From NCBI GenBank assembly GCA_016699575.1, contig CP064979.1:400824-464823 (forward strand): 64,000 nt of DNA, written 5' to 3'. Under the pieces are notes generated by a model, which was not told where the DNA came from, did not search any database, and saw only the letters and a program-made list of their open reading frames with translations. Source of the DNA: Flavobacteriales bacterium. Lineage in GTDB: Bacteria > Bacteroidota > Bacteroidia > Flavobacteriales_F > PHOS-HE28. Shown here in pieces: positions 45,445-53,467 of this stretch. The translations under genes and the position numbers were made by a program. Each line of letters opens with the position of its first letter. Position 1 is the stretch's first letter.

Positions 45445-46616
45445 ACGCATACATAATCTCCGGTTTCCGTTCCGCCGTAGGCAAAGCGCCCCGCGGCAAA
45501 TTCCGTTTCACGCGTCCGGATGACCTGGCCGCGCACGTGGTGAACCACCTGGTGGGCTCGGTGCCCGGGCTGGAGCGCGACCGCATCGACGATGTGATCG
45601 TGGGCAACGCCACGCCCGAGGCCGAGCAGGGCCTGAACATCGGCCGCATGATCAGCCTGATGGGCCTGAACACCGACAAGGTGCCGGGCATGACGGTGAA
45701 CCGCTACTGCAGCAGCGGCAGCGAGACCATCGCCATTGCCGCGGCCAAGATCCACAGCGGGCAGGCCGACGTGATCGTGGCGGGCGGCGTGGAGTGCATG
45801 AGCCCGATCCCCTTCGGCGGCTGGCGCATCGTGCCGAACGCCAAGGTGGGCAAGGCGCAGCCCACGTACTACTGGGGCATGGGCCTCACCGCCGAGGCCG
45901 TGGCGCGCGACTTCAAGGTGAGCCGGGAGGACCAGGACGCCTTCAGCCTGCGCAGCCACGAGAAGGCGCTGGCCGCGATCAGCTCCGGCAAGTTCAAAGA
46001 CGAGATCGTGCCCTACACCGTGGAGCGCGTGTACCTGGACGCGAAGGAGAAGCGCCAAGTGGAGCAATACGTGGTGGACACCGATGAAGGTCCGCGCGCG
46101 AGCACCCTGGAGGCGCTGGCTAAGCTGAAGCCCGTGTTCGACGCGAAGGGCAGCGTGACGGCAGGCAACGCCAGCCAGACGAGCGATGGCGCGGCCTTCG
46201 TGCTGGTAGTGAGCGAGCGCATGCTGAAGCAGCTCAATGTGAAGCCGATCGCGCGCCTGCTCTCCTACCATGTGGCCGGGGTGGAGCCGCGCATCATGGG
46301 CATCGGTCCGGTGGCGGCAGTGCCGAAGGCGCTGGAGAAGGCCGGGCTGAAGCTGAGCGACATCGGGCTGTTCGAGCTGAACGAGGCCTTCGCGAGCCAA
46401 TCGCTGGCGGTGGTGCGCGAGCTGGGCATCGACCCGGAGATCGTGAACGTGAACGGCGGCGCGATCGCGCTGGGGCATCCGTTGGGGTGCACGGGCGCGA
46501 AGCTGAGCGTGCAGTTGTTCAATGAGATGCGGCGGCGGAAGCAGAAGTATGGGGTGGTGACGATGTGCGTGGGGACGGGGCAGGGGGCGGCGAGTGTGTT
46601 TGAGTTGTTGAATTGA
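45441..46616 (+). CDS. fadA: acetyl-CoA C-acyltransferase (thiolase II)
   Basis: NRYCSSGSETIA (active-site Cys), ...GNASQTSDGAA..., and C-terminal NVNGGAIALGHPLGCTGA. Confidence 0.9.
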   Translation: MNAYIISGFRSAVGKAPRGKFRFTRPDDLAAHVVNHLVGSVPGLERDRIDDVIVGNATPEAEQGLNIGRMISLMGLNTDKVPGMTVNRYCSSGSETIAIAAAKIHSGQADVIVAGGVECMSPIPFGGWRIVPNAKVGKAQPTYYWGMGLTAEAVARDFKVSREDQDAFSLRSHEKALAAISSGKFKDEIVPYTVERVYLDAKEKRQVEQYVVDTDEGPRASTLEALAKLKPVFDAKGSVTAGNASQTSDGAAFVLVVSERMLKQLNVKPIARLLSYHVAGVEPRIMGIGPVAAVPKALEKAGLKLSDIGLFELNEAFASQSLAVVRELGIDPEIVNVNGGAIALGHPLGCTGAKLSVQLFNEMRRRKQKYGVVTMCVGTGQGAASVFELLN

Positions 46617-46638
46617 TGGAGCAGAAGCGGGATAGTGT

Positions 46639-46740
46639 TTGGGGCGTGCCCCCGCCTCAAATGCAGGCGGGGTCCGGCTTTCCGCTGTACTCCTCGCACG
46701 GATTACCGTGCTGCGGGGTGCCGCTCCAATCCGTCACGCG
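46639..46740. repeat. intergenic repeat element, copy B, with a terminator-like hairpin
   Basis: TTGGGGCGTGCC + CCCGCCT-CAAATGC-AGGCGGG hairpin + CGCACGGATTACCGTGCTG module, lying between convergent genes. Confidence 0.55.
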
Positions 46741-46766
46741 AATACCTATCCGGAACAACCCGGAGT

Positions 46767-47573
46767 TTACTGCAAATTAGCAGCAGCGTTCATCAATTTC
46801 GCCTGAAGCTTCGAGAAACGGCCAAGTTGTTCAGCGGTAAGATTGCTACCAGCGTTCTGCAACTTCGACTGAAGTTCTGTCGCGTTCTCCATCATCGCTG
46901 GATATTCAGCGATTGCTGAAGCATCACCGTTCTTGGCGGCTTTCGCAAGTTTGATGTAGTCATCAACGTACTGCTCATAGCTCGTCAGAATGTCGTCCCA
47001 ATCTTCATCGCCCGTAAGAGCAATGTCACCACTCGACTCAGAATCGCCGGAAGATGTAATTGGACTTGTGTCCTGCTCTTCCATTGACGATGACAACTTC
47101 ACCTTCTTGGCCTTACCCGGATTCTTTTCCAGTTCGGTATTTCCACTAAGTGAAAATTCCAACCATGCGGTCTCATTTGCTCCGAGTGAAAGAGCCTTCT
47201 CGAATGGCTCATAGCCATACTTCTCCAAGTTCGTAGCCAATGGCAAATCTCCTTCTCCCAACATATCAGCAGCGATGCACCACTGGTACTTCTTCCCAGC
47301 CCCAACGCCACATACCTGTGCATCATTGGCATCGAATGGCAGAGGCTCGTCCGTTCGCTTTATTTCCACTAGGAGCTTGGTGCCGAAGATCTCTTCACTA
47401 ACCTTAAGCACTGCCTTTGTCACGATATAGCTCTCCGACAACGTTCCAGACATTGTTTGCTCGACTTCGAGCGGAAAGTCCCCGGCTTGCTTTTTATCGG
47501 GATCGGAACTTCCTCCACAGGAAACAGCAAGGGCGGAAACAAGAAGGGCGGCGGACGGCAGCAAGAACTTCAT
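46767..47573 (-). CDS. lipoprotein, hypothetical (lower GC)
   Basis: MKFLLPSAALLVSALAVSCGG lipobox. Acidic Ser/Asp/Glu-rich middle. About 50% GC. Confidence 0.5.
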   Translation of the reverse strand: MKFLLPSAALLVSALAVSCGGSSDPDKKQAGDFPLEVEQTMSGTLSESYIVTKAVLKVSEEIFGTKLLVEIKRTDEPLPFDANDAQVCGVGAGKKYQWCIAADMLGEGDLPLATNLEKYGYEPFEKALSLGANETAWLEFSLSGNTELEKNPGKAKKVKLSSSMEEQDTSPITSSGDSESSGDIALTGDEDWDDILTSYEQYVDDYIKLAKAAKNGDASAIAEYPAMMENATELQSKLQNAGSNLTAEQLGRFSKLQAKLMNAAANLQ

Positions 47574-47741
47574 GGATGGATTGTTAACTGGTTCGCACGA
47601 AAATATGGGAAGTCGTTCACACAATCACTACAAGGGCACAGACGTAGCTTTGAGAAGCTTGCAAACCACCAGTGAATCACGGCAATCCATCCGTACGTCG
47701 TCCAAAGCGCGTTGACGAAGAAGCCATCACTCGTTGAGACC

Positions 47742-48650
47742 ATGACCACCCTTTCACGTACCTGTCGCGCTCTGGCCTGCGCATCAATGATCGCTTGTCA
47801 AACGCCCTCGCCGAGTAGCAGCACATCACCCCACGAGATCCACACCGCCGACTACGACCTGATCATCCCCGCCGAGCAGAAAGCCCTGCTGATCCTCTTT
47901 CCCTGCTTCAGTTGCGCCGCGACGGATACACGAGCGGAGTCGCGCATCGCGGACACGGCCGCGGCGAACGGCATCGCGGTGCTGATGCTGAACTTCAACC
48001 GGCACATCCTGATGAGCGAGGCCGAGCAGCAGGAGGTGATCGGCACGATCGCGGGCGCGGTAGCGGCGCACGGCGTGGATGCGTCGAACACGGTCATCGG
48101 CGGCTTCTCCTCCGGCGGCAACGTGAGCGTGCTGCTGGCGAAGGCGCTGCTGCGATCGACCGATCCGCCGGTGCAGCTGAAAGGCGTGTTCGCCGTGGAC
48201 AGTCCGCTGGACCTGGTGCACCTGTACGAATGCTCGCAGCGCGACCTGGCGAAGACCAGCTTCCCCGAATACAAGGACGAGGCGCGCTACCTGATCGCGT
48301 TCCTGGACAGCGCCCTCGGCTCGCCCACGGACAATCTGTCCAACTACGAACGCGCCGCTCCCCTGCTCAACTCGTCCGCGAGCGTGGCGCCGCTGAAGGA
48401 CCAGCCCATCCGCTTCTACACCGAGCCGGATACGGCCTGGTGGCGCACCCACCGCGACGATGTCTACGAAGAGCTGAACGCCTTTGGGTTGAAGCGCATC
48501 CACGATACACTGGTAGCGGTGGGGAATACGCGGGCGGAGTACATCACCACCGAGGGGCGGGGCGTGCAGCATGGGAACAGGCATCCGCACGCGTGGTCGA
48601 TCGTGGATGAGCAGGAGTTGGTGCGGTGGATCGAGGGGTTGGTGGAGTGA
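47742..48650 (+). CDS. alpha/beta hydrolase (esterase/lipase-like) lipoprotein
   Basis: GFSSGG nucleophile elbow (GxSxG) and a dienelactone-hydrolase-like layout. N-terminal lipobox ...ACASMIAC. Confidence 0.55.
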   Translation: MTTLSRTCRALACASMIACQTPSPSSSTSPHEIHTADYDLIIPAEQKALLILFPCFSCAATDTRAESRIADTAAANGIAVLMLNFNRHILMSEAEQQEVIGTIAGAVAAHGVDASNTVIGGFSSGGNVSVLLAKALLRSTDPPVQLKGVFAVDSPLDLVHLYECSQRDLAKTSFPEYKDEARYLIAFLDSALGSPTDNLSNYERAAPLLNSSASVAPLKDQPIRFYTEPDTAWWRTHRDDVYEELNAFGLKRIHDTLVAVGNTRAEYITTEGRGVQHGNRHPHAWSIVDEQELVRWIEGLVE

Positions 48651-48756
48651 GGCGCTCCACCTTTCGCCTTCCTGTTGTATGTTGTGGAATGCCAAGCGAC
48701 GAGGAACTCGTCAACGGCCAAGACCAATCCTTCGCTAAAGCTTCGGCTTGCAAATC

Positions 48757-49611
48757 ATGAGCGCCCTGCTTCCTTCCTCCACCCTCTTTGAACAGCACCA
48801 GATCCGCAGACTCTACGATGAAGCCACAGAGAAGTGGTGGTTCTCGGTGATCGACATCGTCGGAGCCCTGATCGATCAGCCCGACTACCAAGCTGCGCGC
48901 AACTACTGGAAGGTGCTGAAGCACAGGCTGGCCCAAGAGGGAAGTCAACTGGTTACAGATTGTAACCGGTTGAAGTTGCCCGCTGATGATGGCAAGATGC
49001 GGGATACGGATGTGGCCAAAGCCGAAACGCTACTACGACTGGTCCAGTCGGTGCCCAGCCCGAAGGCCGAACCCATCAAACTCTGGCTGGCGAAGGTGGG
49101 GTACGAGCGCATGCAAGAAATGGCCGACCCGAGCTTGGGCCTTGACCGCGCCCGCGAGCTATGGCGCAAGCACGGCCGCAGCGAGAAGTGGATCCAGCAG
49201 CGGATGATGGGCCAGGAGACGCGCAACAAGCTGACGGACTATTGGAAAGAGCACGACATCAAGGAAGGTGAAGAGTTCGCGATCCTCACCAACATCATTC
49301 ACCAGGAATGGAGTGGTGTGACGGTGAAGGACCACAAGGCGATCAAGGGCCTGAAGACCCAGAACCTCCGCGACCACATGACCGAAGCCGAACTGATCTT
49401 CACGGCGCTGGCGGAGATGAGCACCCGGCAGATCGCGGAGACCGAGCAGGCCAAGGGCATGCCGAAGAACAAGGTGGCGGCACGCAAAGGCGGCGGGATC
49501 GCGAAGAAGGCGCGGCTGGAGTTGGAGGAGAAGACCGGAAGGCCGGTGGTGTCGGGGAGCAATTTCTTGCCGCCGAAGAAGAAACAGGTCACAAAAGGCA
49601 AAAGGAAATGA
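48757..49611 (+). CDS. Bro-N domain protein (DNA-damage-inducible protein D-like, phage antirepressor-type N-terminus)
   Basis: LFEQHQIRRLYDEATEKWWFSVIDIVGAL is a Bro-N/DinD-like N-terminal domain. Lys-rich C-terminus. Confidence 0.55.
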   Translation: MSALLPSSTLFEQHQIRRLYDEATEKWWFSVIDIVGALIDQPDYQAARNYWKVLKHRLAQEGSQLVTDCNRLKLPADDGKMRDTDVAKAETLLRLVQSVPSPKAEPIKLWLAKVGYERMQEMADPSLGLDRARELWRKHGRSEKWIQQRMMGQETRNKLTDYWKEHDIKEGEEFAILTNIIHQEWSGVTVKDHKAIKGLKTQNLRDHMTEAELIFTALAEMSTRQIAETEQAKGMPKNKVAARKGGGIAKKARLELEEKTGRPVVSGSNFLPPKKKQVTKGKRK

Positions 49612-50738
49612 AAGGAACCCGCACGGTCATTTGTCAAACCCTCGGAACGCTGCTCCTCCTCTCCTGCAACGGCCAACCCGCGAGCAAGGCACCGGTGCTG
49701 ATCATGAACGATACGGTTAAGATCCCGACCGAATGGTTCCTGAAACTCGACTACCCAGAGCAACTGTGCCACTGGGTGCGCAACATGCACCAGGACAAGA
49801 GCGGCACGCTGTGGTTCGGCACCAACCACTACGGGCTGATCCGATACGCGAACGATACGCTGGAGTACCTCGCTGATAGTGCCGGCATCACCTCTGGTCG
49901 CATCAACGGGATCGTGGAAGGCGCGGACGGCATCCTGTGGGTCGCTACGGTTGGTGAAGGGCTGTTCAATTACGATCCCTCAGCTCGCCATTCCGCACGT
50001 CACGGCTTCAGTCAGTTGACCACGAAGGATGGCCTGTTGCACAACGACATCTGGAGCATGACCATGGGCCGCGATGGCGTGTTGTTGATCGGGACGATGA
50101 ATGGCATATGCACGTTTGACGGTCGCACCTTCACAACGATCGATCTGCCAGCATCCACAGCGGTGGACTCCTTGGTCCAATTATCGCCCACCCGCATCAC
50201 ATGCATCCTGGAGGACAGCCATGGCAAGATCTGGTTCGGGCGAGATGGTGATGGGCTCTTCGTAATCGACCCGAAGGAGACCGGATCGCCCGGAACGTTC
50301 AAGCACTACACCGTTGAGGATGGCCTACCCGACAACAGCGTCTCCGGCCTGATGGAGGACAGCAAGGGTCGGTTGTGGATCGGTACCAACTTCAGTGGCG
50401 TGAGCCTCTTCGATCCTTCCGCCGTAACGGAGAAAGGGAACAACGCGTTCACCAACTTCACGAAGGACGGCGTGATCCAAGGGATCGAAGCGGGTGCGTT
50501 CCACGAAGACCGGTCTGGGCACATCTGGTTCGCCGCGGAGCACCAGGGTGTTTTCCGCTACGATGGGACGAGCTTCACTAACTACGGCCCCAAGGACGGC
50601 TTGAGCTCAGGCGGGATCCTATCCATCATGGAAGACCGGGAAGGTCGTTTCTGGTTCGGTGGTTTCGGTGGGCTCTTCCGGTTCGACCGGAAGACCGAGC
50701 GGTTCACGCCGGTTGGGAAGCAGGGACCGTGGAACTAG
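49608..50738 (+). CDS. lipoprotein made of two-component-regulator propeller (Reg_prop) repeats, with no kinase domain
   Basis: Seven or more repeats of the type G(L/I)W(F/I)GT..G(L/V)..(F/Y)D. Lipobox LLLLSCNG. Stands alone, with no Y_Y_Y/HisKA/HATPase domains. Confidence 0.55.
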   Translation: MKGTRTVICQTLGTLLLLSCNGQPASKAPVLIMNDTVKIPTEWFLKLDYPEQLCHWVRNMHQDKSGTLWFGTNHYGLIRYANDTLEYLADSAGITSGRINGIVEGADGILWVATVGEGLFNYDPSARHSARHGFSQLTTKDGLLHNDIWSMTMGRDGVLLIGTMNGICTFDGRTFTTIDLPASTAVDSLVQLSPTRITCILEDSHGKIWFGRDGDGLFVIDPKETGSPGTFKHYTVEDGLPDNSVSGLMEDSKGRLWIGTNFSGVSLFDPSAVTEKGNNAFTNFTKDGVIQGIEAGAFHEDRSGHIWFAAEHQGVFRYDGTSFTNYGPKDGLSSGGILSIMEDREGRFWFGGFGGLFRFDRKTERFTPVGKQGPWN

Positions 50739-51361
50739 GACGAGGGATCATGAACAACGCACGAACACCCAGCTCCTTGAAGTCGGCGACCAAAGTTCGA
50801 TCCGCCAATGCGAATTCGCGCAAGCGGGAAGGAGCGCACATGCACATACCGTTCGCCCTCGCACAAGGCTCTTCGCAGCAGGACCACTTCAGTTACCTGC
50901 ACTTCACTTCGGGTACCGAACAGCGGGAGACTTTCCCAAGCACGCTCGAATTGCGCGGGCTTCAAACCAGCCGCGATGGTGAGGTACGGGTGCTCGGTCT
51001 CGCGGATGGCATCACGCAAGGCCTCGTTGGCCATCAGCGCCGCAACGATAGGTGTACGCACCTTGGCGATGGCGTCCTTCTGTACCGGGTCGATGTAGAT
51101 GGTGCGCTTGTCGGGGAAGCGGGTGATGCCGTCGTAGTGCAAGGTAAAGCTGCGCTTACCCTTCGAGCCGAGGGCGATGGCTTGGATGATGGCAGATCCG
51201 TGCTCGGCTGGCAGATCGAGGAAGCACAGCGTGATGTGCGGCGGCGTGTTGCGCCCGCTGAAGGAACCGACGCGCTCGTGCAACACGGTGCGCCGGCGGT
51301 CCACTTTGGCTGCAAGCGCCAGGGATGGAAGGATGGTGAGGAGATAGCGGTGTTTCATCAT
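50735..51361 (-). CDS. 2H phosphoesterase superfamily protein (LigT/2'-5' RNA ligase-like), paralog 1
   Basis: Two H-x-(T/S)-x motifs: PPHITLCF and HPYLTIAAG. Confidence 0.65.
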   Translation of the reverse strand: MMKHRYLLTILPSLALAAKVDRRRTVLHERVGSFSGRNTPPHITLCFLDLPAEHGSAIIQAIALGSKGKRSFTLHYDGITRFPDKRTIYIDPVQKDAIAKVRTPIVAALMANEALRDAIRETEHPYLTIAAGLKPAQFERAWESLPLFGTRSEVQVTEVVLLRRALCEGERYVHVRSFPLARIRIGGSNFGRRLQGAGCSCVVHDPSS

Positions 51362-51559
51362 TCCAAAGTTCCATAACGAGTGTGGTCCCGGCCCGCATTG
51401 CCGACCTGAAAGCGCTACGGCACAGCTCAGGCTTCCACCATCCTTGTGCGGGATCCATGGGCGTGCAATGCTTCCTTTGATCCGGCGGCGATCAGGTCCC
51501 TCGCGCTACTTTGTCCGACCGATCCCAAGCCCACGGACCGGCGGATAACCCAGCGCTCT

Positions 51560-52771
51560 ATGGATGCCTATGACGTACTGACCTTCCTCAGCGGGCTGAT
51601 CATCTTCAGCTACCTCTTCGATCTCTTCGCGAAGCGGACGCGCGTACCCTCGGTACTGCTGTTGTTGGCAACAGGCATGGGACTACGGGCGGTGGCGGAT
51701 TACTGGGGCTTTCAAGCGTTCGATGTGAACCGCATTCTGCCGGCACTGGGCAACGTGGGCCTGATCCTCATCGTGTTCGAAGGTGCGTTGGACCTGACCT
51801 ATACACCGTCCAAACGGCCCCTGATCCGCAAGGCGTTCCTGTCCTCGTTGTTCCTTCTGCTCTTGACGACGGCCGGGATCGCGTACCTCCTGTTCTTGCT
51901 CACAGCGGCCCCATTGACAGCCTGCGTGGCCAATGCAGTACCCCTGAGCGTGGTGAGTTCCGCGGTGGCCATTCCATCAGCGCGTGGCTTGCCCGAGCAC
52001 GAACGCGAGTTCGTGGTGTACGAGTCCTCCTTCTCGGACATCCTGGGCATCATCCTGTTCAACTTTTTGGTCTCCAACGAAACGTTCGGTGCCGTGGCCT
52101 TCGGTCATTTGGGCCTCGAAATAGTCGGTGTGCTTGCGTTGAGCGCTGTATTCTCCATCGCCCTGCTCTGGTTGCTCGGCCGCATCACGCACCACGTCAA
52201 GTTCTTCCTGATCCTCGCCATCCTCATCCTGGTGTACGCGGTCGGCAAACAATTCCATCTGTCGTCGTTGGTAGTGATCCTCGCCTTCGGCATGTTCCTC
52301 TCCAACGCGGACCAAATGCCGTTCGACTGGTTCCGGCAACGCTTCCTTTACCCTGGCTTCCACAAGGACCTGGAACAATTCCATTCCCTCTCCAACGAGA
52401 GCGCCTTCCTGATCCGCACCTTCTTCTTCGTGTTGTTCGGCTTCAGCGTGGTGGCCGGTGCGTTGATCGACACCCAGGCAGCTATGCTTTGCGGGGTGTT
52501 GTTATTGGCGATCTATCTCATCCGTCCGCTCTTCATCCGGCTAGCGGTGGGCATGCGCTCCGCAGCGGTGATGTTCATCACCCCGCGCGGGCTCATCAGC
52601 ATCCTGTTGTTCTTCTCGCTACCGGCCTCATTGCGCATACCCGAGGTGGATACCCCGCTGCTTTTCATGGTGGTGCTGGCCACATGCTTGATCATGGCCA
52701 TCGGGTTGATCGCCAGCGGAACGAGCCTCCCGCTCGTGGAGAACGGGAACGGGAACGATCAAGCGAAGTAA
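51560..52771 (+). CDS. monovalent cation:proton antiporter (CPA family)
   Basis: About 11-12 TM helices and a Na_H_Exchanger-like pattern (LLLATGMGLR, ILIVFEGALDL). Confidence 0.7.
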   Translation: MDAYDVLTFLSGLIIFSYLFDLFAKRTRVPSVLLLLATGMGLRAVADYWGFQAFDVNRILPALGNVGLILIVFEGALDLTYTPSKRPLIRKAFLSSLFLLLLTTAGIAYLLFLLTAAPLTACVANAVPLSVVSSAVAIPSARGLPEHEREFVVYESSFSDILGIILFNFLVSNETFGAVAFGHLGLEIVGVLALSAVFSIALLWLLGRITHHVKFFLILAILILVYAVGKQFHLSSLVVILAFGMFLSNADQMPFDWFRQRFLYPGFHKDLEQFHSLSNESAFLIRTFFFVLFGFSVVAGALIDTQAAMLCGVLLLAIYLIRPLFIRLAVGMRSAAVMFITPRGLISILLFFSLPASLRIPEVDTPLLFMVVLATCLIMAIGLIASGTSLPLVENGNGNDQAK

Positions 52772-52789
52772 GAGGCCGACGCGCTGTTC

Positions 52790-53335
52790 TCACCGCAACT
52801 GGAAGCTCCGCACCAGCCCGTACCGCTCGCCGGGCAGCAGCACCCGCTTGAGCAGCACGACCTCGGTCACGTGCTCCGCGCTGGTGTACGTGTGCGGCGC
52901 GAGCAGGTCCCAGGCCGCATCGAACTGGTGGGGTTTCTGTCCGGCTGCGAGGGTCAGGTGCGGGTGATCGGTCTCGCGAACGGCCGCGTGCAAGCGGGGA
53001 TCGGCGGTGAGGGCCGCAACGATGGGCGTGCGCACCACGGCGATGGCCTCCTTCTCCACCGGGTCGATGTAGGTGGTGCGCTTGTCGGGGAAATGGGTAA
53101 TGCCGTGGTAGTGTAGGGTGAAGCCCGGTTGACCGGTCACACCTCTGGAGATGGCATCAATGATGGCGGGCTCATGCGCGGCGGGCAGGTCCAGGAAGCA
53201 GAGGGTGATGTGCGGTGGGTTGTGGCGGCCGTTGAAGGAGCCGATGCGGGCGTGGAGCGCGGTGCGCAGGCGCTCCACCTCGGCGGCCAGGGCCGGGGCG
53301 GGCAGGATGGCGAGGAGGAAGCGGTGGAGCGCCAT
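52790..53335 (-). CDS. 2H phosphoesterase superfamily protein (LigT-like), paralog 2
   Basis: PPHITLCF and HPHLTLAAG. About 65% identical by eye to paralog 1 over the first roughly 170 aa. Confidence 0.65.
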   Translation of the reverse strand: MALHRFLLAILPAPALAAEVERLRTALHARIGSFNGRHNPPHITLCFLDLPAAHEPAIIDAISRGVTGQPGFTLHYHGITHFPDKRTTYIDPVEKEAIAVVRTPIVAALTADPRLHAAVRETDHPHLTLAAGQKPHQFDAAWDLLAPHTYTSAEHVTEVVLLKRVLLPGERYGLVRSFQLR

Positions 53336-53372
53336 GAGCGGTCAAACTTCACCATGACCGCTTGGAAATTTA

Positions 53373-53386
53373 TTATGCGTGCATAA
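53373..53386. promoter_or_regulatory. operator candidate TTATGC-GT-GCATAA upstream of the acyl-CoA dehydrogenase gene
   Basis: Same TATGC-N2-GCATA(AC) dyad as the site at 37573 upstream of MarR. It lies in the divergent promoter region. Confidence 0.45.
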
Positions 53387-53467
53387 CTTTAACCCGAAGC
53401 AACCGTAGAACATCAGGGGCATTTCGATCATCTGATCGTCCGATCCCTGATCAACTGATCGACACCC

